From NCBI GenBank assembly GCA_964449475.1, contig CAYUZD010000025.1, positions 3,672-17,735 on the forward strand: a stretch of 14,064 bases of DNA. Direction: 5' to 3'. Source of the DNA: an uncultured Nitrospirales bacterium. Lineage in GTDB: Bacteria > Hydrogenedentota > Hydrogenedentia > Hydrogenedentales > GCA-2746185. The notes under the pieces are model-generated. The model was not told where the DNA came from and did not search any database. It saw only the letters and a program-made list of their open reading frames with translations. This document shows positions 1-7,142 of this stretch, in pieces (the stretch's first letter is position 1; each line of letters starts with the position of its first letter). Both the position numbers and the translations under genes were made by a program.

Positions 1-194
1 ACTCGGGCGCGATGCAACTATTGAACGACTCGCGCGTGACGCGCCCGTTCGGCGAAATGGCGCTCAAGGCCGCGTGGTGGTCCGCCACCGATGCGGGCCG
101 CGACTATATCGAGCGCACGGGACGCTCGCACCCGTCCGCCGACGTGCGCCGGTTGGCCGCCGACATCCTCGCGAGCTGGCCGCCGCCGGAGTAA
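1..194 (+). CDS. 3' end of a CDS that continues upstream of the window; the C-terminal fragment resembles a HEAT/PBS-lyase-like repeat (SADVRRLAADILA)
   Basis: The frame is open from nt 3 (no stop before ATG at 12), with stop TAA at 192-194. Codon usage is GC3-rich like the neighbours. The only functional clue is the HEAT-like motif DVRRLAADIL. Confidence 0.4.
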   Translation, partial: SGAMQLLNDSRVTRPFGEMALKAAWWSATDAGRDYIERTGRSHPSADVRRLAADILASWPPPE

Positions 195-223
195 CCCCGC
201 GCGAGTCCGGTAGAATCGCCGGT

Positions 224-1012
224 ATGACGCGCGCGGAACTCAAGCCTGAACTGGACGCGTTGCACGCGCGGCTCAACCGCCGCGAGTTCGTGTCGCCGGA
301 TCCGCTCGAGGTCGTCTACCGCTACGCGTCGGACGCCGACCGGGAAGTCGCGGGTCTCGTCGCGGCCTGTCTCGCGTACGGCCGGGTCGCGCAAATCCTG
401 CGCAATCTCGACACGGTGTTGGCCGCGCTGGGGCCGCACCCGGCGGACGCGCTGCGTCACGACGGCGGCCAATTCGCGCGGCGGCTCAACGGATTCCAGC
501 ACCGCTGGACCACGCGAGACGACATCGGCGCGCTCTTCGACGGCATCGGCCGCGCGCTGCGCACTCACGGATCGCTCGAAGCCTGCTTCCTGTCGCACCA
601 ACCCGCCGGCGCGGACTCGACGCTGCCCGGCCTTACCGGATTCGCGCGCGAGCTGCGCCTCGGACGTCCGCCGGATAGCCTCGTCTCCGCGCCGGAGAAG
701 GGCAGCGCGTGCAAACGCCTGCATCTGTATCTGCGATGGATGGCGCGGCGGGACGACGTCGATCCGGGTTGCTGGACCCGGCTCGATCCCGCGCTGCTTA
801 TCGTCCCGCTCGACACGCACATGCACCGCGCGGCGCGCGCGCTCCGGCTCACGCGGCGCAGGCAGCCCAACCTCGCCGCGGCGCTCGACGTGACCGCATT
901 CTTCCGCGCGATCAGCCCCGGCGACCCGCTCAAGTACGATTTCGCGCTCACGCGCCTCGGCATTCGCAGCGACGAGGACATGGGCGCATTCCTCCGCCGA
1001 ATCCGTTCGTGA
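224..1012 (+). CDS. TIGR02757 / DUF2400 family conserved hypothetical protein (262 aa)
   Basis: The ATG at 224 is the first start after the upstream gene's stop; the longer 74.. extension overlaps the upstream CDS out of frame. Hallmark motifs of this family are present: KRLHLYLRWMARRD..DPGCW, IVPLDTHMHR, DPLKYDFALTRLG. It is followed by a hairpin terminator. Confidence 0.75.
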   Translation: MTRAELKPELDALHARLNRREFVSPDPLEVVYRYASDADREVAGLVAACLAYGRVAQILRNLDTVLAALGPHPADALRHDGGQFARRLNGFQHRWTTRDDIGALFDGIGRALRTHGSLEACFLSHQPAGADSTLPGLTGFARELRLGRPPDSLVSAPEKGSACKRLHLYLRWMARRDDVDPGCWTRLDPALLIVPLDTHMHRAARALRLTRRRQPNLAAALDVTAFFRAISPGDPLKYDFALTRLGIRSDEDMGAFLRRIRS

Positions 1013-1022
1013 ACCAAGGCGC

Positions 1023-1052
1023 CACGCCTAAGCGGGGTTCAGCTTAGGCGTG
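1023..1052. terminator. Bidirectional stem-loop (11-bp stem cACGCCTAAGC / GCTTAGGCGTg, 8-nt loop GGGGTTCA) between convergent genes
   Basis: A perfect inverted repeat read directly from the sequence. It lies in the 68-nt gap between the DUF2400 stop (1012) and the ispE stop (1081). U-tracts on both sides are weak, which is typical of high-GC genomes. Confidence 0.5.
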
Positions 1053-1080
1053 TTGCCTACCTTCCGCGCGACCGTTGTGC

Positions 1081-1980
1081 CTAACCCACCCGCCGCACAC
1101 CATGCGGGATCGTGCGTACGACGGACGAAGCCACTTCCGTAAACCGCGCCGCGATCGCCTTCGCGTGCGCCTCGTCCTTGCACAGGCCGTACAACGTCGG
1201 TCCACTGCCGCTCATCGCCGCGCCCGCGCACCCCGCGTCGAGCAACCGCTGCTTCCATACCGCCAACTGCGGATATTCGGAGAACACCGGGATCTCCATC
1301 GCGTTGTGCAGTACATCGGGCAGCAGCCCGCGCGACAACGTCTCGAGCGTGTTGCGAAACGTCTTCGTTGTCCCGTCGATGCGCTCCTCGCGCGTCTTCT
1401 TCAGCATCACGTGGTTGTACACGCGCGCGGCGCTCACCTCCATCGGCGGATGCAACAACACCAGCCACGTCTCCCGCAGCGGTTCGAGCGGACGCAACAC
1501 CTCGCCCCGGCCCGTGGCCGACATCGTGCCGCCGGTTAGCACGAACGGGACATCCGATCCGAGTTCGACGCCGATCGCGCGGAGCGTCTCGACGCTCAGC
1601 CCCAGTCCCCACATCTCGTTCAGGCCCGTCAAGACCGCCGCCGCGTCCGCCGAGCCGCCGGCGAGCCCCGCCGCGATCGGAATCCGCTTCGCGAGACTGA
1701 TGTGTACACCGCGTCCAGGCGCGTACCGCTCACGCAGGATGCGCGCAGCGCGCAACGCAAGGTTGTCGGGGATCTCGAGCGCGGGATTCGTGCAGGACAA
1801 TGCCGGTTCGCCGTCGCGCGGCGTCAGCGTGACTTCGTCGGCGAGGTCAATCGACTGAAAGATCGTTTCAATGTCGTGGTAGCCGTCTGTCCGGCGGTCG
1901 ATCACCGACAGGTAGAAATTGATCTTCGCGTGGGCGTGGTACTGGAGTGGGGAGGCGGAAGAGGTGGGATGTCCGCTCAA
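1081..1980 (-). CDS. ispE: 4-(cytidine 5'-diphospho)-2-C-methyl-D-erythritol kinase (IspE, GHMP kinase family)
   Basis: N-terminal AKINFYL and the GHMP ATP-binding motif IPIAAGLAGGSADAAAVL are present, with IspE-like overall length. The start is ambiguous. A TTG at 1980 would give 299 aa and overlaps the upstream gene's TGA stop as ATTGA (translational coupling). The alternative is the GTG at 2028 (315 aa), which would overlap the upstream CDS by 52 nt. Confidence 0.85.
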   Translation of the reverse strand: MSGHPTSSASPLQYHAHAKINFYLSVIDRRTDGYHDIETIFQSIDLADEVTLTPRDGEPALSCTNPALEIPDNLALRAARILRERYAPGRGVHISLAKRIPIAAGLAGGSADAAAVLTGLNEMWGLGLSVETLRAIGVELGSDVPFVLTGGTMSATGRGEVLRPLEPLRETWLVLLHPPMEVSAARVYNHVMLKKTREERIDGTTKTFRNTLETLSRGLLPDVLHNAMEIPVFSEYPQLAVWKQRLLDAGCAGAAMSGSGPTLYGLCKDEAHAKAIAARFTEVASSVVRTIPHGVRRVG

Positions 1981-3590
1981 TCCCGGCCGCCCGCCCGCAT
2001 CTGACGCGGCGGTTCCTGCGCGCAGCACGCCATCCCGACCGCCTCGCGCACGTTCTTCTTCGGCGTGCCGACAATCTCGATCGGCCCGCCGAACCCGTGG
2101 ATCGCGTCTGCCAGCGGCCGCGACACGGCGCCGATGCGTTCGCTATCCACGCGCATCGGGCCGGCCGAAATGCCGTATGTCTGCATCACGGACATCGTCT
2201 CCGTCGCATTCTGCCATTGCGCGAGGTTGTCCGCGATCGTCAGCGTCGGCGACGGAATTACGGGGTATCCGCTCGCCGCGATCGTGAAGATCTCAAGCGC
2301 GTACAGGTCGGCCTGTTCGCGCGTCACGTTGAACTTCTGCAATACGTCGTCCGGAATCTTTGAATTCTCAACGACGAAGAACTGGTATCCCTGGTTCACC
2401 AGCTTGTCCACGCGTTCCGCGGCGAACCCGCGCGCATCTTCAATGCCCAGGTTCAGCCAGAATGTCCCGTCCGCCGCCTTCACCGTCAGTCGGCCCTCGG
2501 CGCCGTCGGCGCCGAGCGGGTCGAAACTAATCCCGGGAACCATCCCGCCCTGGATGAGGTCGCGCGCGACCTTGCCCATGTCCTTCGGGTAATCCGGCGC
2601 GCGGCCGTTCAGACTGCCGGGCGACTCCTGCCACCCCGACGGCACCAGCGCGTACTTCACGTAATTGTCTTTCCACGCCTCCGCCACGCGGAGCAGGTCC
2701 GCGGCCGGCGCGCCGTTCTGCACGGTCACCCAGCCCTTCGGCAGCGCGCCGGGGCTCGTCGTCTTCATGCCCGTCATCTCGGACCAGACGTGCGTCTGCA
2801 GGACTTGCGCGGCGTCGCTCTGGAACAGCGACATCCACACCGGGTCGCACCCGACCTTTGACTTCGGCTGGATCGTCAGCGACGGGGTGTACTCGCACCG
2901 GACCGATCCCACCCACGACTTGCCCGACGGGCGGAGGTCCACGTACGAATTCACCATCCCCGAGCGCAGCACGCCCACGCCGAGCGTCATCTTCGGCTGC
3001 CGCATCGACATCAACACCAGGCCCGCGCCGGCACCCGCGTTCATCATCGAGTAATTGCCTCGCCGCTGCGTCAGCGCCTGGGTCACCACAACCGAGTCGC
3101 CTAGTTCCGCGACCGATCCCGGGTCGAACACCGCGGGGCGGATTTCGCGAATCGCGATCGGCTGCGAACTCGGGTTCGTCAGAATGATATGGATCATCAG
3201 GAACGGGCGCGTCTTGAATCGCGCGACCGAGAAATCGACCATCAGCCCCTTGTGCGTCAGAAACAACGAACGGAATCGGGTGCCTTCGCCGAGCGGGCCG
3301 TCGAAGTCCTCGCGCTCGTCCTTCACCGCGCGCGACGAACTCAGCCGCTCGACCACGCCGTCCGCGTACTCGATCTCGCACTGCGCGTCCTTCACCAGCA
3401 CGCCGAGTTGCGAAACCTCGACCATCCATTCGCCGGTCTGAACGTCGAATTTGAACGTCGAATAGTCGCCCGTAAAGCTGTAGTGGTCCCGCAACGCCCA
3501 GGGTTTGTACTCCTCGCCAGCGGCCAAGACGGAGAACAAAAGGAGGCCTGCGGCGAGGCACAACCGACCCGCGCGCATGTACGACTGCAT
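1977..3590 (-). CDS. Secreted glycoside-hydrolase-like protein (537 aa): N-terminal signal peptide, beta-sandwich N-domain, then a GH27/GH36 (alpha-galactosidase/melibiase)-like TIM-barrel region
   Basis: The ATG at 3590 is preceded by GGAGGGGG 8 nt upstream. The signal peptide is MQSYMRAGRLCLAAGLLLFSVLAAGEE. The region ...GMVPGISFDPLGADG...WLNLGIEDARGFAAERVDKLVNQGYQFFVVEN resembles a GH27/36 catalytic barrel. The family assignment is tentative. Confidence 0.65.
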   Translation of the reverse strand: MQSYMRAGRLCLAAGLLLFSVLAAGEEYKPWALRDHYSFTGDYSTFKFDVQTGEWMVEVSQLGVLVKDAQCEIEYADGVVERLSSSRAVKDEREDFDGPLGEGTRFRSLFLTHKGLMVDFSVARFKTRPFLMIHIILTNPSSQPIAIREIRPAVFDPGSVAELGDSVVVTQALTQRRGNYSMMNAGAGAGLVLMSMRQPKMTLGVGVLRSGMVNSYVDLRPSGKSWVGSVRCEYTPSLTIQPKSKVGCDPVWMSLFQSDAAQVLQTHVWSEMTGMKTTSPGALPKGWVTVQNGAPAADLLRVAEAWKDNYVKYALVPSGWQESPGSLNGRAPDYPKDMGKVARDLIQGGMVPGISFDPLGADGAEGRLTVKAADGTFWLNLGIEDARGFAAERVDKLVNQGYQFFVVENSKIPDDVLQKFNVTREQADLYALEIFTIAASGYPVIPSPTLTIADNLAQWQNATETMSVMQTYGISAGPMRVDSERIGAVSRPLADAIHGFGGPIEIVGTPKKNVREAVGMACCAQEPPRQMRAGGRD

Positions 3591-3640
3591 ACTGCCCCCT
3601 CCGGCGCCAACCCCTCGCGCCCTGTTGTGTAAACCATTGA

Positions 3641-3646
3641 ATTATA
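3641..3646 (-). promoter_or_regulatory. Perfect TATAAT -10 hexamer on the minus strand, 51 nt upstream of the glycoside-hydrolase-like gene start
   Basis: Plus-strand ATTATA at 3641-3646 is TATAAT on the minus strand. It sits in the AT-rich 135-nt divergent intergenic region. No good -35 was found. Confidence 0.35.
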
Positions 3647-3663
3647 CCGGATTCCGGCGAAAG

Positions 3664-3692
3664 TTGTGTACTATTCGATGACCATTTATACC
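3664..3692 (+). promoter_or_regulatory. Candidate sigma70-like promoter for the GTPase operon (TTGTGT-N17-TATACC)
   Basis: The hexamers are read from the sequence in the AT-rich gap and would give a leader of about 23 nt to the ATG at 3726. The candidate promoter overlaps the alternative ATG at 3666, which supports start 3726. The consensus match is weak. Confidence 0.3.
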
Positions 3693-3725
3693 CACCAACC
3701 GCGGCGGCCTGCACCCGAATCCAGC

Positions 3726-5501
3726 ATGGAAAACCCTATCGGAGATGGACTCACCGCGTTCGAGGCCGCCCTGGGCCGCCTCGACGCCGCGCTGGCTCCC
3801 TACGCCGAACTCCACGGGGAAGTTTTCGCCGAGTCCCAGGCCTGGCGCGACCTGCTTACCTACAAACTCGTCCCGCACATGGCGGGTACCGGCTGCCTCG
3901 TCGCCGCGGTCACCGGCGGCACCAACACCGGCAAATCGACCGTGTTCAATCTGCTCGTGGGCCGCACCGCGAGTCCCATGGCCAGCACCGCCGCCGCCAC
4001 CTGCCACCCCGTGCTCGCCGCCAACGCCCGGCGCGCGGCCGAATCGCTCGACGCCAAGCTCGTGCCCGAATTCAAACCGCGCACGCTCGATGTCGCCGCG
4101 CACGCGACCGATCCCGCGCTGCCCGCCGAGGCGCTCTTCGTCGTACGCGACGATTCGCTGCCCGATCATCTCGTGCTGATGGACACGCCCGACGTCGATT
4201 CCATCATGCGGCAGAACTGGGAGGTCACCGCGCACCTCCGCGCGGCCGGCGACGTCATGATCGCCGTCATCACCGGCGAGAAGTACAAGGACGACCGCGT
4301 CGTGCAGTTTTTCCGCCAGGCCGCCGCGTCCGGGCGCGTGATCGTCCCCGTGATGAACAAGGCGAACCCGGCGAACGACTTCGCCGTCGCGCGCCGCCAG
4401 CTCGCCGATTTCTGCGCGGATGTCGGGACCGATTCACCGGTCTTCGTGATCCCGCACGATTTCAGCATCGGCGACAACCTGCAAACGCCCGTCCGCGCAC
4501 TCGACGGCGCGCTCGAACTGCGCGCGCATCTCGAATCGCTCGACGTCGCCGCGATCAAGTCCCGCGTCTACGAGGGCACCGTCGCCCGGTTCATCGCCGA
4601 CGCCGAATCGTTCCTCGGCCGGCTCGAGGCCGCCGCCGAACCCCTCCGCGAAGTGGACGACGCGCTTGCCGGACTCGTGGACGCCGCCGCCGAAACGTAC
4701 GACCCCGTGCCCGGCCGCGAGGTCGGCGGACTCTTTCATGCCTACGTCCAGTCCAAGCGCGGGCCCATTCGCCGCACCATCGGCGCGACCAGCGCCACCG
4801 TCGTGCGCGGTGCCGGCGCGCTCACCCGCGCCGTCCGCGGCGCCTTCGTCCGCCGCGCCACGCTCGAGGCGCCCGACACGCCCGCCGCAAACGCCGCCGA
4901 TGACGCGCTGCGTGCGTTGCACCGCGACGCGGTCGAACGCATCGCGCGGGACCTCGTCGCCGAGTGCGCCGATCGCGCGCGCACCTTCGGCCAGCCTGCC
5001 CGCGGCATCATCGGCGATCGCTTCGCCGAACTCGATGCGGAGGCGGCCTGTGCCGCCGTGTCCGCCGAGGCGTTGCACCCGGGTCCCCTCTCCGAAGCGT
5101 TTGAGCAGCATGCGCAGAAGACGCTCGACGCATGGTGGCAGGACCACAAGGGCCGCCGCCGCGCGCTCGAGGCGCTCGACGCCGTCCTCTCCGTGATGCC
5201 CGCCGCCATCGCCGCGCCGATCGCGCTGCACACCGGCGGGCTCGGCGCGGCGGAGGCCGCCGTGTTCCTCGGACCGTTCGCGGCGCAGTTCGTCGCGCGC
5301 GTGATGGAGTACCAGTTCGGCGACGCACTCTTCGATTTCCTGTCGCCGTGGAAGAAGGAGCAGCGGGCCCGCCTGCGCGGCGCGCTCGCGGCGCACGTCG
5401 CCGGCGCGGGGCTCGCGCCGCTCCATGCCGCCCTCGGCGCGATGCAGGGCGAACCCCTCGACACCATGCGGAGCGCGCTCGAATCATGCCGGAATCGCTG
5501 A
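3726..5501 (+). CDS. Dynamin-like / mitofusin-like large P-loop GTPase, soluble partner (591 aa), with non-canonical G3 and G4 motifs
   Basis: Walker A/G1 AAVTGGTNTGKST (GKS at about nt 3930-3938). G3-like hhhhDTPD (LVLMDTPDVDS, 4182-4193). G4-like NKAN (4356-4367). A long alpha-helical, Ala-rich C-terminal half follows. Start 3726 (MENPIG...) is preferred over 3666 because codons in 3666-3725 (ATT, TAT, CAA) are atypical for this genome and a promoter candidate overlaps that region. It is a paralog of the downstream gene. Confidence 0.8.
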   Translation: MENPIGDGLTAFEAALGRLDAALAPYAELHGEVFAESQAWRDLLTYKLVPHMAGTGCLVAAVTGGTNTGKSTVFNLLVGRTASPMASTAAATCHPVLAANARRAAESLDAKLVPEFKPRTLDVAAHATDPALPAEALFVVRDDSLPDHLVLMDTPDVDSIMRQNWEVTAHLRAAGDVMIAVITGEKYKDDRVVQFFRQAAASGRVIVPVMNKANPANDFAVARRQLADFCADVGTDSPVFVIPHDFSIGDNLQTPVRALDGALELRAHLESLDVAAIKSRVYEGTVARFIADAESFLGRLEAAAEPLREVDDALAGLVDAAAETYDPVPGREVGGLFHAYVQSKRGPIRRTIGATSATVVRGAGALTRAVRGAFVRRATLEAPDTPAANAADDALRALHRDAVERIARDLVAECADRARTFGQPARGIIGDRFAELDAEAACAAVSAEALHPGPLSEAFEQHAQKTLDAWWQDHKGRRRALEALDAVLSVMPAAIAAPIALHTGGLGAAEAAVFLGPFAAQFVARVMEYQFGDALFDFLSPWKKEQRARLRGALAAHVAGAGLAPLHAALGAMQGEPLDTMRSALESCRNR

Positions 5502-7138
5502 ACGAACTGTTGCACACGCTGGACGCGCTCGCGGCCTATGCCGGGCCGTGGGAGCCGCTCCGGCGCGAGGCGGACCTGCTCCGCGCGCGGCTCGACGAAC
5601 TCCGCGAGCGCGAGGTCCGGCTCGACGACCTGCTCGTCGTCGCGCTCGTCGGCGGGTCCGGTGTCGGCAAATCGACGCTGCTCAACGCGCTCGCGGGCGA
5701 CGAACTCGCGAAGACGTCCGAGTACCGCCCGTGCACCGCGATCCCCACGATCTATCACCCGCCCGGCGCGCGGTTGCCCTTCGGCGAAGGCTGGGAACGC
5801 AAGTCCGGTTCCGCGCTCGAAAACCTCGTCATCGTGGACACGCCCGACTCCGACACCATCGTCCGCGAGCATCGCGCGCTCGTGCAGCAGGCGTTGCGCG
5901 AGTGCGATCTCGTCGTAATGTGCGCGGACTCGGAAAAATATCTCGACGAAGCGACGTGGTCCCTCCTGCGCCCGCTCAAGGACGAGCGCGCGCTCGTCTG
6001 CGTTGAGACCAAGGCCTCAGCCGCGCCGAGCATCCGAGAGGACTGGTTGCGGCGGCTCGGCGAGGCCGGCATCCGCGTCTCCGGTTACTTCCGCGTGAAC
6101 AGCATCCGCACCTTCGACCGGAAAGTCGCGGGCCGCGCGCCCGGCCCGGACGAGTACGACTTCGCCGCGCTCGAGGCGTTCCTCGCGAAGGAACTGACCG
6201 CCGACCGCATCCGCCGCATCAAACGCTCGAACACCGCCGGGCTCCTCGCAAAGACCATCGCCACGCTCGAAGAACGCGTCGCCGCGCGCACACCGGGCCT
6301 CGACGAGGCGGACGCCGCACTGCGCGCCGCGGAGGCCGCGCTCGCGCAAACCGCGCACGACATCGTGCGCCGGCGCCTGTTTACCGAACCGCACCTCTGG
6401 AACTACGCGCTCGGCCGCGAGATCGGCCTGCGCTCGAAGGGGTTCGTCGGCGCGCTTTATCGTCTGGTCGAATCGGTCCGCACACTGCCCGCGCGCCTCT
6501 CCACGTGGTCGCTCTGGCCCGTGCGGTCCGCCGCCGGCCACCGCGCCGCGCGCATTCTCGGCGACGCCGGTCTCTTCGAGGAACACCTCGACCTTGGCTC
6601 CGACGAACTTCGCCGCGCGTTCGACTCGCAGGCCAGCCACGTCCGTCTCGCGATGGCGCAGGCGGGGTTCGCGCCGATCGCGCGCGACGGCGAGTTTGAG
6701 GCGTTCACCGCGAAACTCAGCGTGGCCGTCGAGACCGTCCTGCGCGGCCCCGCACGCGATCGCGTCGTCGCGCGGGCCCGCGCGCTCACAAGCTGGCCGC
6801 TCGCCGTCCTGCTCGACGCCGCGCCGGTCGGATTCTTCGGCTACACCGCGTTCCTGCTCGTCACGGATTACTTCCAGGCGGATGTCTGGACCGGCCCGGA
6901 ACTGATCCACGCGACCACCGTCCTCGGGATCATGCTCGTCGTCGAAATCTTCGGGCTGTCCGCCGCCGCGCGGTTCCTCGCGTGGAACGCCCGCCGCGCC
7001 GCCGCGCGCGATCTCCGGCTCGCACTCGCGCCCGGCACGCACGCATTCGCCGCCGAACAGCAAACGGTCGCCGAGGCACGGGCGCTGGTGGCTCAGTTGG
7101 ATCGCGCGTCCGAATCAATGCGCGAGAACGCGCGGTAA
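5486..7138 (+). CDS. Dynamin-like / mitofusin-like large P-loop GTPase, membrane-anchored partner (550 aa), with a C-terminal transmembrane hairpin
   Basis: The ATG at 5486 is in frame inside the long 5132..7138 ORF and overlaps the upstream stop (5499-5501) by 16 nt. G1 VALVGGSGVGKST. G3-like VIVDTPDSDT (5837-5848). Conserved EKYLDE. G4-like TKAS (6008-6019). Two adjacent hydrophobic helices near the C-terminus: LAVLLDAAPVGFFGYTAFLLVTDYF and TTVLGIMLVVEIFGLSAAARFLAW. The Arg-rich N-terminal extension 5132-5485 is rejected as an out-of-frame overlap with the upstream gene. Confidence 0.8.
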   Translation: MPESLNELLHTLDALAAYAGPWEPLRREADLLRARLDELREREVRLDDLLVVALVGGSGVGKSTLLNALAGDELAKTSEYRPCTAIPTIYHPPGARLPFGEGWERKSGSALENLVIVDTPDSDTIVREHRALVQQALRECDLVVMCADSEKYLDEATWSLLRPLKDERALVCVETKASAAPSIREDWLRRLGEAGIRVSGYFRVNSIRTFDRKVAGRAPGPDEYDFAALEAFLAKELTADRIRRIKRSNTAGLLAKTIATLEERVAARTPGLDEADAALRAAEAALAQTAHDIVRRRLFTEPHLWNYALGREIGLRSKGFVGALYRLVESVRTLPARLSTWSLWPVRSAAGHRAARILGDAGLFEEHLDLGSDELRRAFDSQASHVRLAMAQAGFAPIARDGEFEAFTAKLSVAVETVLRGPARDRVVARARALTSWPLAVLLDAAPVGFFGYTAFLLVTDYFQADVWTGPELIHATTVLGIMLVVEIFGLSAAARFLAWNARRAAARDLRLALAPGTHAFAAEQQTVAEARALVAQLDRASESMRENAR

Positions 7139-7142
7139 CGCG

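Noticed and set aside
104-1017. Long ORFs antisense to, or out of frame with, the DUF2400 gene (104..826 -, 565..1017 -, 709..1047 +)
   Set aside because: They are Arg/Ala/Pro-rich translations typical of wrong-frame reading in 68%-GC DNA and have no recognisable motifs. The + frame starting at 224 has clear family signatures.
1075-2074. ORFs 1112..1858 +, 1368..1700 +, 1702..2004 +, 1028..1612 -, 1868..2074 - overlapping ispE
   Set aside because: They are opposite-strand or shifted-frame shadows of the ispE coding region with low-complexity (Ser/Arg/Pro) composition. ispE is confirmed by its GHMP kinase motifs.
3646-3656. Small palindrome CCGGAtTCCGG in the divergent promoter region
   Set aside because: It has only 5-bp arms in GC-rich DNA, so it is expected by chance. 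It is noted as possibly overlapping promoter elements but is not called as a feature.
2527-3714. 395-aa minus-strand ORF in a different frame over the glycoside-hydrolase-like gene, plus several + strand ORFs (2065..2592, 2665..3054, 2858..3187, 3055..3441, 3189..3632)
   Set aside because: They are Arg/Gly/Pro-rich frame shadows. The real gene at 1977..3590 has an SD, a signal peptide and a coherent domain structure.
3666-3725. Upstream ATG (MYYSMTIYTHQ...) as the start of GTPase-1
   Set aside because: Codons in this stretch (ATT, TAT, CAA, TAC-poor) are atypical for the genome. The stretch coincides with the AT-rich promoter region and a candidate -35/-10, so the ATG at 3726 is preferred.
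4166-7118. Many long antisense or out-of-frame ORFs across the GTPase genes (4434..5426 -, 4742..5872 -, 5008..5517 -, 4666..5196 +, 5425..6006 +, 5538..5918 +, 6017..7063 -, 6594..6905 + and others), including the 5132..5485 N-terminal extension of GTPase-2
   Set aside because: These are high-GC artefacts that translate to extreme Arg/Ala/Pro/Ser composition. The 5132-5485 extension is an Arg-rich out-of-frame overlap of the GTPase-1 C-terminus; the in-frame ATG at 5486 begins the sequence that is homologous to GTPase-1's N-terminus.
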